50,257 nucleotides of DNA, taken from NCBI GenBank assembly GCA_049512075.1, contig JBEKXL010000017.1, positions 1 to 50,257 of the forward strand. The letters run 5' to 3'. A program made the position numbers and the translations under genes. Each line of letters opens with the position of its first letter. Position 1 is the first letter of the stretch. Shown here one piece after another: positions 1-9,898 of the stretch. Below the pieces are notes generated by a model. The model was not told the origin of the DNA. It worked only from the letters and a program-made list of their open reading frames with translations, and ran no database searches. This DNA comes from Candidatus Bathyarchaeia archaeon. Its GTDB lineage: Archaea > Thermoproteota > Bathyarchaeia > Bathyarchaeales > Bathycorpusculaceae.

Positions 1-63
1 CCCCGGCCTCCATCTCCAAGGTTATCTCCATTTTCGTAACACACGCTCGGTATAAAGGCTTAA

Positions 64-112
64 GTGGGGGAATTCACCGCCCGGGGCAAGCCCCGGGGTT
101 CTCTTCCCCCAC
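64..112. other. GC-rich stem-loop (terminator, structured RNA or mobile-element end)
   Basis: GTGGGGGAA (64-72) pairs with TTCCCCCAC (104-112); inner stem CCCGGGG-caag-CCCCGGG (80-97). Confidence 0.5.
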
Positions 113-629
113 ACCCTTGAAATAGAGTAAAAGCAGCCCGAAGACAATTGCAGGATCCATATTCGTCACGCACTGAAGCGCTCGGTCATTGATGCCAGCG
201 AGGCCCAAGACATATGACTTATGAATTATGAACTTTAATTCGGAGTATGCACATAAATAACGCGTGCTTTCATGGATAACACGTTTGCCTGGCAAGTTTA
301 AGTGATGTTGACGGTTTTCTGGTTCTTCAGGGTCAGCACCTTTCTTTTGGTGACCTGCTGAATTTTCGGGTGTTTTCAGTGTGTATTGGAATAGTGGTTT
401 TTGTTTTGAGGCGCGCGCAGCTTAAGGAAGAGCAAGAAATTTCAGATTCAGGTTCAGACTTTTCCTTATACTACCAATATGTAGTATTGCGTCACGTTTG
501 CTTATTCCGCATACAATTGCTCGTGTACTTCTTTGCCAAATTTTCCGTGGTCTGTCACTTTAAGGATTACAGTCCTTCTGTTTCCTGTAAAATGCAAACA
601 ATGCCAACAAATTGAACATCTGTCCAAAG

Positions 630-983
630 TTACACCACCCATCGATAAACAGTGTTAGTCTGTGTATCTACAACACTGAATTTTGTCTGTGGAAATATCA
701 GCCAAGTATGTGTATTTTGCTGTATTATCTCAAAGTTTGCTTCAGTAGACAACGTAGTACACTTCTCTTCAAAAGCACTCATTCCCAGTGTTACAACGTT
801 ACTGTACGAAACTGAACCCATATGTAACGGATAGTTGTGATCAGCAACGAACTCTTTAAAATCTGAGATTTGTGATTCTCTTGCATTTTCGCTTTCTATA
901 TATGCAACAACCACAATTACAAAGAGAACTATAATTACGATTGCGATTATTAGAAAGATTATTCCGCCGTTCTTTCTTCTCAA
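630..983 (-). CDS. Small single-pass membrane protein, hypothetical
   Basis: Basic N-terminus followed by a long hydrophobic helix; GAGGTG/GAGG Shine-Dalgarno-like sequence upstream; co-oriented with the flotillin gene. Confidence 0.7.
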   Translation of the reverse strand: MRRKNGGIIFLIIAIVIIVLFVIVVVAYIESENARESQISDFKEFVADHNYPLHMGSVSYSNVVTLGMSAFEEKCTTLSTEANFEIIQQNTHTWLIFPQTKFSVVDTQTNTVYRWVV

Positions 984-1027
984 CCTCAGTCACCTCCGCT
1001 GATAATCATAGCGATAAAAATAGGGAT

Positions 1028-1318
1028 TTATGAGCTGCTAGTTAAATCTGCAGGCAACATTTTCATTGGATCTCCACAACGCTCGAACCTTGCAAAGACT
1101 GCTTTTACCTGTTTCATCAAAGCTTGCGCGTCCTGTGGATATATCTTAGGATCGCGTGTCACGTCTATCTGTTTTCTAAGCTCATAGATTCCAAAGAGAG
1201 CTTCTTCCAAAACCTTCTCATTGTTATTAGTTCCAGTTGTCTTGGCGTAGATGCTGAGAAGCGTTTGCGCAAACGGACTGAGCTTCTTTACATCTATTAT
1301 GTCAGGGTTCTCTGTCAT
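1028..1318 (-). CDS. Hypothetical protein
   Basis: 96-aa ORF starting 1 nt after the flotillin stop, an operon-like spacing. Confidence 0.7.
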   Translation of the reverse strand: MTENPDIIDVKKLSPFAQTLLSIYAKTTGTNNNEKVLEEALFGIYELRKQIDVTRDPKIYPQDAQALMKQVKAVFARFERCGDPMKMLPADLTSSS

Positions 1319-1319
1319 C

Positions 1320-2678
1320 TTACTTCGCCTTCTTTGTCTCTTGGTTTGCTTGCTTGACTATATTCTTTGCGAGATTGGCTTTTATTGCTTCTTTAGCTAC
1401 AGAACCTATCGGAAGTGTATCTAGAACTTTAGAAACATCTACTCCTTGTGCTTCAAGCGCCTTTATCATCATACCAATATCTGCACCAACTTCTGCACTC
1501 AGCGGAATACCAAAGATTTGACTTTCTCCACTTTGAACAATGCTAATTTTTGCTACTTTAAGTCCATCGCCAAGAGCCGCCCACTTTGCTATCTGCGATT
1601 GCAACGTTGCATGGATAATTTCTATAGACAAACCTGCATCATTATAGAGTTTCAATGCATTTGCTTGTTTCTCTGTACCAGCAGCTGTCGCAAACAGTTG
1701 TGCTTGATTCACGTCTGCTTGAGCAAAGCCTGTCAGCTTGATTGCTTGAGCGTCACCATCGGCTTTGGTTTTCACTGCATTCGCAGCTCCTTCTGCTGTC
1801 TTGACTACCGCTTGGGCACCTACTTCAGCGGTACCAACATCTAAAGCTCTCCTAGCCTCGACTGACTGTTTATTAGCTTCCATCGTAGCCTTCGAAATAT
1901 CTTGTGCCCTCTCCTGATCTGCGATTCCAATTGCCTTGTCCTTCTCAAGTTGAGCAGTCTTGTAAGCTTGCTCTGCCTTTGCTTTCTCAGTTTCTCTTTC
2001 TTGAAGTGATCTTTGTTCTGATATAGTCGCATCTTTTTCTTGATCTGCTACTTGTTTTCTTGTCTCTGCTTCTATGACCTTTGCTTGTCTTTGCTCTATA
2101 TCTGCTATGACGTGGTATGGATCCAAATCCTTGAAGTGTATAACTTCCAGATCTGCAATTTTGATTCCCCATTCTCCAAGAAGAACTGGCTTGATTTCAT
2201 CTCTAACTGTGGTACTAAATTTGGCTCTGTCTCTCATTATAGATATAACATCCATTTTCATAGACTCGTTTCTAGTAATGGATTCTATGAGATCTTTTAC
2301 GTCTGTAGTCAGAGTTTGAGTGTAATCTCCAGTACCCAATTTTTCTGCGGCTAATTCAGGGTTCTCTATGTTAAGCCATACACGCACGTCACCAAGAAAC
2401 TTTGCCATATCGCTATCCCGTAGAGATATATTTTCTATTTGTAGCTTTACAATTCCCAATGGAAGAATTGTTCTTTTCATCCACAACGGAACATACCAAT
2501 AAGAACTTTTTTCATTTGGTCTGGAAGTGTACAGTTTTCTACCTTTGCCTTGTGTAACAACAACATGCGCTTCCGAGGGTTTTACCACTGTGTATATGAA
2601 GTATACCAATATGACAATGACAGCTATCGCAATGATTACTGTAGGAACTAGTACGAGAAGTATGTCATCTAACAACAT
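1320..2678 (-). CDS. Flotillin-like SPFH/band 7 membrane protein
   Basis: N-terminal TM helix, SPFH domain (VVKPSEAHVVV...WGIKIADLEV), long Ala/Glu-rich coiled coil with AEG/ADG repeats; GGAGG SD upstream. Confidence 0.9.
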   Translation of the reverse strand: MLLDDILLVLVPTVIIAIAVIVILVYFIYTVVKPSEAHVVVTQGKGRKLYTSRPNEKSSYWYVPLWMKRTILPLGIVKLQIENISLRDSDMAKFLGDVRVWLNIENPELAAEKLGTGDYTQTLTTDVKDLIESITRNESMKMDVISIMRDRAKFSTTVRDEIKPVLLGEWGIKIADLEVIHFKDLDPYHVIADIEQRQAKVIEAETRKQVADQEKDATISEQRSLQERETEKAKAEQAYKTAQLEKDKAIGIADQERAQDISKATMEANKQSVEARRALDVGTAEVGAQAVVKTAEGAANAVKTKADGDAQAIKLTGFAQADVNQAQLFATAAGTEKQANALKLYNDAGLSIEIIHATLQSQIAKWAALGDGLKVAKISIVQSGESQIFGIPLSAEVGADIGMMIKALEAQGVDVSKVLDTLPIGSVAKEAIKANLAKNIVKQANQETKKAK

Positions 2679-2788
2679 TGTTTTTCATTCCTCCTTAAAT
2701 TTTGCTAAGAAAGGGTTTAACTATTAGTAAGCTTAAAAATATTTCGTTGCTAGTCAGCTTAAGAAGCCATGGCCGTATAAAAAGATTA

Positions 2789-3764
2789 GCGCGCGCGCTC
2801 AGCGAATGCCGAACAGAAACCACACGCAAAATCTACGCTAACAGCGTCCGAATCTTCACGGCATGGTGGCAAAAACCCCTAGAAACCTTCGCAACCTTGG
2901 AACCCCGAGAAATGAGACATTTGGCACTGACTTTTCAAAACGAGGCTTTACAAGGCTGGTGTCCTGGCTGGCGAAAGGAACCGTTGAAACAAAACACCAT
3001 CATCGCAGTCCTCACGGCACTAGGCAGCTTCGCAAGTTACAACGACCAATACCTACGCCTACGCGGAAAACGAGCTCACAACCCTAATCGACCTTTCAAG
3101 TCACGTTTTTACGAATCGGGATTTAACTCGCATGTTCAGCGTAGCCAACATAGAACAAAAAGCCATACTCGCCACTTTTTGCAGTCTCGGCTGGGAAGTC
3201 CAAGCAATCCTACAACTAAAACGCACGTACATAGAAAACCTCATTTACCGAGCCCGTGAAGAAAGGCAGCAGTACATCTATTTCATTCATCAACGAGGCA
3301 AAACCGGAGCCCTGCGCCTGGGCGTGTTGAACCCGCTTGCGATAGAATGGATAGAAGAATTTCTCAAAGCCAGCCCCAAAACCGACAGCCTATTCACATA
3401 CACGACAAAAGAAGGTGTTAATGGCATGTCGAAACACCTGGCCAGAGATGCCCACGTTACAGTAACCGGAAGAGTTCACACGCACCTGCTAAGAAAATGG
3501 GTTATGAGCGGCCTAAGCCGAGCCGGGTTTAACGAGTTTCAAATCAAATTCGTCGTAGGCAAGGCTATTCCCCCAAGCGACATGACATACTTGCAAACGT
3601 TACAGCAGGAAGTTGAAGCACGCTATCCCAAAGCCTTTGAAGAGTGCTTGGATATTAGCGGCAAAAAAGTGGTCGCGGGCTTGAGTGACGAGGACCGAGA
3701 ACTGCTAAGCCTAATCAAGGATCCTGCCGTTAAGAGAGCTTTGCTGAAACTGGTAAATGAATGA
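2789..3764 (+). pseudogene. Tyrosine recombinase/integrase, frameshifted and probably 5'-truncated
   Basis: N-terminal part in ORF 2702-3259 (TRKIYANSVRIF). Catalytic part in ORF 3132-3764 (RGKT, HLLRKW, terminal DMTY); that frame stays open upstream (TLIDLSSHVFTNRDLTRMF), placing a 1-nt shift near 3075-3085. No convincing start upstream of the GCGCGCGCGC at 2789. Confidence 0.8.
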
Positions 3765-3890
3765 TTACGATACCAGATTGGATAATCAAGCGGTTCGCTC
3801 CATAACCTTGATGCAAGCAAAGACTGGCTCGATTGCAGGTTGGCTGAACAAGTAATTAGTCCTTGTTGCGCCCTCTCCGAAACGTGCGCG

Positions 3891-5693
3891 CTAGCTTGGG
3901 AATCGTAGGAATTCGTTGTTGTTTGCGTTGACTATTATGGTTACTGTGTTGCCTATCTCTAGTTTTTCGATTCTGCTGACTGTTGTGAAGTCCAGGTTCT
4001 GTGTGTACACTGCGTAGTCGGTTTGGTTGATTGTCAGGACGTAGATGGTGTTGCCGTTGTTGACGTAGGAGAACCTGTTGGTCAGTGTTCCGGTTATCGT
4101 CGTCTCGTTCGAGGGTTGGACTGCTCCGGCTTCGAATCTGCGTTTTGCTTCTTGAACAAGGGTTGCGCCTTCGTAGCCTTCGCTGGTCATGACGATTGTG
4201 TAGTGGTCCAGGTTTACGGCGTCGACGATTCCGAGTCCGGCCAGTTTGATGGTTTCTTGTGCCGAGGTGGATTCGCCCTGTGCGGTCCTCCAGTATAGTG
4301 GCACGAACCAGGCGTTCTCACCGTTTATCGGGTAGATTAGGGGCATTTCTGCTTCGTAGGCTCCGGTGGTGGGCATTAGAATGTGGGACTCAACGACGTT
4401 CTGTGCCTGCAGGCCGCTCTTGATGTCCAGACCCGTCGTGTCGTAGTACTCTATTCCCGTGTCGGTCGTTTTGAACATTCCCGCCATAGTTTGTGCTTCG
4501 CCGACGAAGTCAACGGGGACCAGCGCGGTTATCTTGTTTGTGTCGGGGTCGACGATCCATCGGACGTCGTCTGAGATTTCGACTCTGTTGGTGGATGCGG
4601 GTATCCAGGCGAAGCCGCCTGCGAAGATGTCGAAGCCGTTTCCTCTTCTGGTACCTCCCCAGGCGTTGATCATTGTTTTGAGCCAGCCTTCGTCGTAGCG
4701 CTGGGTGACCCAGTCTGGCGTCTGGTTCATGGTGTAAAAGTTTTCGACTTGGCCAGCGTCGTTGTAGACGTATACTCCTTTGGGCTGGGCGATGAAGGAC
4801 CATTGTTGAACTTGGGTTGTGGTTAGCACGTATTTCCAGTTGCCATTGTCATCGACTGTCAGGGTGGCTCTGCCATAGGCGTCTGCGGTCGATTGGCTCC
4901 AATAGGCGTTTCCCTGTATGTTTCCTGTCAAGAACGGTGGAAAGTACAGGAGTCCTTCGGCCACTTTGAAGGGTTTGTCGACGATTGAAACGTTAAGTTC
5001 GGGGTCGTTTGCATCGACGATGACCAGGCCCTTGACGCTATTGTCGCCGTACAGGTTCAGCGGGACCATCGTGACAACCCAGACAAGGCGGCCGTTGTAC
5101 AGGGTTATGTGGGAGGAGCCGACTCTTACGCTTCCAAAGTGCGCGGCGCTCCTCAACGCGATGCTTTCCGCAAGTTCCTGGGTTGTCAGTCTCAGCATGT
5201 TGTCGGGGATTTCATGCTGGAACAACGGCGTTCCCGCAGGTTCGAATGTCAGCATCTGGTTGAAGGCACTCGCGTTGTTGACTCTCGACACAGCTTGGGT
5301 TTGCCACAACATCAAGCTCGAAAACACGATTATCACGACCAGCGCAACGGCGGCCAGCCACTTGTACACCACCCTTCCCCTTACTCCCCCAAGCACTGGC
5401 CTATACGTTATCCTGCCGTACTTGACCCGTTCCTCATAGCCGGAAAACCTATAATCGTTAACGTACGCAAACAGCCACTCCACGACTGTAAGGGACAGTT
5501 TAAAGAATATCAGCCACACAACCATGTACACGTCCAGTGTGGCGACCGCGATGGCGACGAACCCGAACAGCGCACCGAACAAGCCGAAGACTAAGTACCG
5601 CCACTTGTTCATTAACCAGCGATCAGTCGTAGGAACAACGAACACTACTATCCACGTCAACCACCACAATAAGGGAAACATCTCTTTCAACAC
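3891..5693 (-). CDS. Membrane-anchored protein with a large extracytoplasmic beta-rich domain, hypothetical
   Basis: 600-aa ORF with about 4 N-terminal TM segments, then a soluble beta-rich region with a possible OB-fold at the C-terminus; GC-rich codon usage. Confidence 0.85.
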   Translation of the reverse strand: MLKEMFPLLWWLTWIVVFVVPTTDRWLMNKWRYLVFGLFGALFGFVAIAVATLDVYMVVWLIFFKLSLTVVEWLFAYVNDYRFSGYEERVKYGRITYRPVLGGVRGRVVYKWLAAVALVVIIVFSSLMLWQTQAVSRVNNASAFNQMLTFEPAGTPLFQHEIPDNMLRLTTQELAESIALRSAAHFGSVRVGSSHITLYNGRLVWVVTMVPLNLYGDNSVKGLVIVDANDPELNVSIVDKPFKVAEGLLYFPPFLTGNIQGNAYWSQSTADAYGRATLTVDDNGNWKYVLTTTQVQQWSFIAQPKGVYVYNDAGQVENFYTMNQTPDWVTQRYDEGWLKTMINAWGGTRRGNGFDIFAGGFAWIPASTNRVEISDDVRWIVDPDTNKITALVPVDFVGEAQTMAGMFKTTDTGIEYYDTTGLDIKSGLQAQNVVESHILMPTTGAYEAEMPLIYPINGENAWFVPLYWRTAQGESTSAQETIKLAGLGIVDAVNLDHYTIVMTSEGYEGATLVQEAKRRFEAGAVQPSNETTITGTLTNRFSYVNNGNTIYVLTINQTDYAVYTQNLDFTTVSRIEKLEIGNTVTIIVNANNNEFLRFPS

Positions 5694-5832
5694 CTCTTCA
5701 TGTTCTCGTTTCCTCAGTCAAGGGGAGTAAGTCGTTCAATATTAATCTGGCCATCTAATAAATACCATGCGAATAGTGGCATGTATGCCTGTTCACAAAT
5801 GGTTCGAGAAATGCACGCGCGCCAATTTCTGA

Positions 5833-6657
5833 TCAGACCAGTGAGAACTTATATGGGCGATTTGTCTTGTCAATCTTGAGAATACCTTTTTGCGCCATCT
5901 TCTCAGTATATTCTCTTACAAGATAGTCTGGCAGACTTGCAGCTTTTGAGATATTTCTAATCGTCGTGTGACCATTGGCAATTAACTTGATTAGAAGATC
6001 CTCACTTAGTTTTTCTTCCACGATTCTTTGCAGCTCTTTTTCTATTGGCGATCTAACTTGGTACTTTGTTCTGAGGTCGATTAGGTTCTGTACAAGTGCA
6101 CTTTCCCAGAGTCTCCCCGAAGCGAGAGATTGGTTCCTGCACTCCGTTTTTATCACTTGCCAGTCCAGACTGGATTCCGCTAGAAGGCGCATGTCATCAA
6201 GATCAGCTTCACGTTCTGTAATCCCTTTGAAAAGGAATATGTCTTCTTTTGAGGCAAGGCTCAAAATCAATTGCCTTTTTGAATAAAACTCAGTTGCTCT
6301 AGATGCCATATTAACCGAGAAGACGAGTGCATTGCAAATAGATCGATTGAATATGTCCCATCTGAAACCGTCTTCGTTTTCCATGATTCTAGATATTTCC
6401 ATTTTCTTATATTGTCTTGAGATTGAGGAATTCTCTAACAGGTGGTATTCAATATTTGCCAACGACTCAACCAAAGTGCCCATATCTTGGTCACTAAGAA
6501 CTACAACGTCAATGTCCTATGTTGCTTCTTTCAGTCCGTAATTAATCAAAGCTAGGCCGCCTATGATGAAAATTTGAGTGTGAACCGCGATTTTTGAAGA
6601 TAATTTATCTAGCTCGTTGATTATGTATTTTCTATCAAAAGATGGCCTATTTGTCAA
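5833..6657 (-). pseudogene. Nucleotidyltransferase (AbiEii/DUF6036-like) with C-terminal wHTH, interrupted by an in-frame TAG
   Basis: Manual translation from TTG 6657: MTNRPSFDRKYIINEL...IFIIGGLALINYGLKEAT*DIDVVV, continuing in frame into ORF 5833-6483. GG..A and T-x-DID are NTase motifs; the stop is at 6517-6519. Confidence 0.8.
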
Positions 6658-7634
6658 GTCAACGCCTCATCCTCATATTCCCTCATTTTAGCCATTAATT
6701 CATCCCATGTTGGCAATCCTGAACCAGTGCGAGTGCCTCTTGTTCTCAAAAATTCCAACATTGCATTAATCTGTAGACCTAGGTCGTACCATGTGGCTCT
6801 TTTCAGCAGGTAATCCTTGTCGACTTGCCGTAGTTCCTTCTTTAGCAGTATGAGGCTGTAAGTTACGTAACGAACATTTCCCCTTTCAATTAGCAGAGTG
6901 TGAAGTATTATTTCCTCCAGACAAATCCTTGTTTTCCTCTTGGAATAGAAGTACGTCTCAAAATCTGACGTCAGTTGAATACCGAAATCCGGCAAACAAG
7001 AAGTGGCTGTCTTTACAAAATCGCTTCGAGAAATTTCTATGGTCTTTGGCAATCTGATCAGGCACTCAAAATCCTTTTGCCACAACACAATCGCACTCTC
7101 GGAGACTGAACTAACAATTGCTTTAATTATGAAACTCTGATATTCTTCCAAGAAGTTACTCAATAAAGAAAAACGATCGTTGATTAGGAAGTCTTCGCCA
7201 CTGCACGCCACTATCCCGAGGGCCATGAAGTTTCTGGAATATCTCCAAAATGTGATAGGCGAAACGCTTTGATCACTACTGTATGCGCCTGTTAATATTT
7301 GAAAGAGAACCTCGATGCCAAGTCCAGGTAAAACGTCTTCCCATTTGATGTGCGAGTATTTTCCTAAGAGTTCTTTCAGGAGTAGCGCATGTTTTGTATC
7401 CTGGAAAAAGATACTTTTTCTGGAATTCGCAAAATTCATTTCGGAAGAAAAGGCTACTTGTTGTACTCTTATTATGTCTTTTTCTTGAAGTTTCTTTAGG
7501 TAGTGCGAGAGAAGGCTCGGTTTGATTGAGCACCTTTCTCTTATTTGAGATAGAATATGATTGTCATTGGCGATTTCTTTTAGTATTTCTATCTCTTGTT
7601 TGCTGAAAGCATACTTCTCTTTTTTTGTTTTCAC
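6654..7634 (-). CDS. wHTH-domain protein, probable antitoxin/regulator partner of the NTase
   Basis: N-terminal MarR/ArsR-like wHTH (LSQIRERCSIKPSLLSHYLKKLQEKDII) and a second HTH-like segment; its stop overlaps the NTase start. Confidence 0.8.
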   Translation of the reverse strand: MKTKKEKYAFSKQEIEILKEIANDNHILSQIRERCSIKPSLLSHYLKKLQEKDIIRVQQVAFSSEMNFANSRKSIFFQDTKHALLLKELLGKYSHIKWEDVLPGLGIEVLFQILTGAYSSDQSVSPITFWRYSRNFMALGIVACSGEDFLINDRFSLLSNFLEEYQSFIIKAIVSSVSESAIVLWQKDFECLIRLPKTIEISRSDFVKTATSCLPDFGIQLTSDFETYFYSKRKTRICLEEIILHTLLIERGNVRYVTYSLILLKKELRQVDKDYLLKRATWYDLGLQINAMLEFLRTRGTRTGSGLPTWDELMAKMREYEDEALT

Positions 7635-7983
7635 TGTATTTCATATAATTGAAATAGCATATAAGTATTTTAATTTTATGAAATGTTTTCCATACAGCCT
7701 CATAATCTCCCTTGAAGCATACGCTTCTAGATCACGTTCCATTTCTGACACCACCTATTGCAGTAATACATCAATCTTCATTATATTTTTTTCTCATTTC
7801 CTTAGTAGTTATGTTTGGAATCACTAAGGTTTAGAGAAATAAAAATAATGATATCCTGGCCATTCAAAAAGCAGAACGCAACAAAAAAGCCAACCATAGC
7901 GATTTTGTGCTAGAAAGAGCTCAGGCATATGGCGGATGACTATGAAAGCCCAAGCAATCATGTTCCGTTTTGGGGATTTTTTA

Positions 7984-8202
7984 TTAGCATAGCCAAGTTT
8001 TCCCCACTCCTCAGTCACCGAGAATCATGTTGCTGGGGGCGGGTGGTCTGATTTTCGCTGAATTTGCAACGGCCCGAGTGAAATAATTCAGGTGCTCACT
8101 CCTGTCCGCAAAACATTTTGGATCTGAAGGATACTGAGGCGAAAACGGATTGGTTAGGATTTTGTTATTTTTGTTATGATTGTTATTTTCAACCACTATC
8201 AT
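7984..8202 (-). pseudogene. N-terminal remnant of an archaeal AAA/STAND-type ATPase
   Basis: NPF.P...FADR motif, then Walker A ILGD*GVGKT with TGA at 8011-8013 where a residue (probably Trp) is expected; the frame closes shortly after. Confidence 0.7.
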
Positions 8203-8491
8203 TTCCTTCTCCTTGTGGATCCTAGCTTACCGTAGTCTGTACCGTTGAATTTTCGCAATGCCCAACCAACTAATGCGAATCAACCTACCACCGTAATAGA
8301 TTTCAGTATTGGGGTAGACCAGCACGCGCTAGAGGAAGGTTTTATTCTGCGTTGATGCTGGGGACGAAGATCAAATGACAGGTGCACTTCATGTAGGTGC
8401 GCTCGTGCCCGAAAAGTGGAACTCAATACTGCTGAACCGAGTGTTCACGTAACATCTGGAACCCTAAACTCATTCATTCAGTTGGCTAGCG

Positions 8492-9268
8492 CTATGTTGC
8501 TGTGACGTTCATGTAGACATCTGCAAGGAAGAGTGTCGAGGGAGTGGGGCCGAAGCTTCCAGGTATGAATGCTTCTATTAGATATGTGCCTGCTTCGTAC
8601 GTGGCGTTCCATAACCAAGGCTGGGCGGAGTTCGTTTGATTCCACACGTACGTTCTCACTAGAGCTTGGCCAGGTGAAACTGAAAAAGTAGTCTCCTCAA
8701 AAAGATAGGGGTTGGACCACACCTTGCGCCCGCTTAGGTCCACGGGACTTATAGCGTAGACAACGACTACGGGGTCTGACGTCGCTGATGTTATTGAGTG
8801 GGACACGAAGCCATAGTTCTCCAAAGTTACCGTAATCAGAACTTTTTCTCCAAGACTGTAAGAAGACTTGTCTGTGGTTAACACAAAGACCCAATTGGCG
8901 CGCGTGAGAGACAATACGAACAAGGCTGCATAAAACGTCAAAGTTACAATTACTAGCAGAGTCAGACCTAGCAATACTTTACGTGTTCGCACCTTTCCAC
9001 TCGCGAAGCAAGAATAAGCGGCAATCCCAGACAGAATTGCTGCAGCAATAAGAACATAGGAAAGCAGTAACAACGAATAGATTAAGATAGAGACAATAAG
9101 AAAGACAGCTAGAATGCATGTCAATATGAGTAACGCAGCGAAAATCGGCGAACGATAACGGATGCCCTCAACCAATAATCCTTCCCTCCTCCACGTCGAC
9201 CATTTCCCAGACTCCCTATCTAGGGTAGAGGGCGTTCTACCCATAATTGTTTTGCGCCTTCGAGCCAC
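8492..9268 (-). CDS. Membrane protein with C-terminal Ig-like (BsuPI-like) domain; true start probably downstream
   Basis: Three TM helices, then TTDKSSYSLGEKVLITVTLEN...WNQ...GTYLIEA, an Ig-fold pattern. Confidence 0.75.
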   Translation of the reverse strand: MARRRKTIMGRTPSTLDRESGKWSTWRREGLLVEGIRYRSPIFAALLILTCILAVFLIVSILIYSLLLLSYVLIAAAILSGIAAYSCFASGKVRTRKVLLGLTLLVIVTLTFYAALFVLSLTRANWVFVLTTDKSSYSLGEKVLITVTLENYGFVSHSITSATSDPVVVVYAISPVDLSGRKVWSNPYLFEETTFSVSPGQALVRTYVWNQTNSAQPWLWNATYEAGTYLIEAFIPGSFGPTPSTLFLADVYMNVTAT

Positions 9269-9319
9269 AGCGCGAGCTCGCGCGCCATTTGAAAACCCGA
9301 TTCGAGCTTAGTTTGGATT

Positions 9320-9898
9320 CTAGTCCTTTGGCGAGTTGTTGATGGCGCGAACGGCTCTTGCCAGCATCTTTCCCATATACCTCGCAGACTCCACTCCTTC
9401 CCTGTCCTTCATAACCTCGCCCTTCTCTCTCGCGATGGCGAAGGCTCTTCCGCCACCCGGGACAGTCATTCTAACCGCAGTCATGAACGTGAGCATCTGA
9501 TTGCAAGTGCTTGCCACGCCTGAACGCCGAGCGACAGCGATGACTCCGCCGACTTTGTCCGCAAAATCCTTTCTTCCTCGCGCCAAAGCTAGGAACCCTA
9601 TTCTGTCTATGAAGATTTTCATCTGAGCCGTCACTCCTTGAAAATAAGAGGGACTGCCCAGTATGACGCCGTCAGCATTCGCGAGTTCTCGGTAGAGCTT
9701 CTCGCAGTCGTCACCGATGACGCATTTCTTGGTGTTGAAACAGTCTGAACATGCATTGCAAGGCTCCAGTCTGTAATCGCAGATACGAATCAAACCCACT
9801 TCTACACCCTCTTCCTCCGCAGCCATCAAAGCCTCCTTCAATATCGTATCAGTATTTCCCCCAACCCTCGGACTGCCACTTACACCTATGATCCTCAT
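9320..9898 (-). CDS. Iron-sulfur flavoprotein / NADPH-dependent FMN reductase family
   Basis: GSPRxxGNT, CxxCxxCx5C, GSPSYF and KIFIDR motifs. Confidence 0.92.
   Translation of the reverse strand: MRIIGVSGSPRVGGNTDTILKEALMAAEEEGVEVGLIRICDYRLEPCNACSDCFNTKKCVIGDDCEKLYRELANADGVILGSPSYFQGVTAQMKIFIDRIGFLALARGRKDFADKVGGVIAVARRSGVASTCNQMLTFMTAVRMTVPGGGRAFAIAREKGEVMKDREGVESARYMGKMLARAVRAINNSPKD

Noticed and set aside
4023-5730. Multiple plus-strand ORFs opposite the 600-aa gene (also those opposite the kinases, por, nurA-herA and TrxR)
   Set aside because: Antisense shadows of well-supported genes with no motifs.
6517-6519. Genome-wide TAG recoding (pyrrolysine)
   Set aside because: TAG ends many clearly complete genes here (porB, htrA, TrxR fusion, cupin); no pyl genes in the window.
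8011-8013. TGA in Walker A as selenocysteine or Trp recoding
   Set aside because: The frame closes a few codons later and TGA is a normal stop elsewhere; this is a pseudogene.
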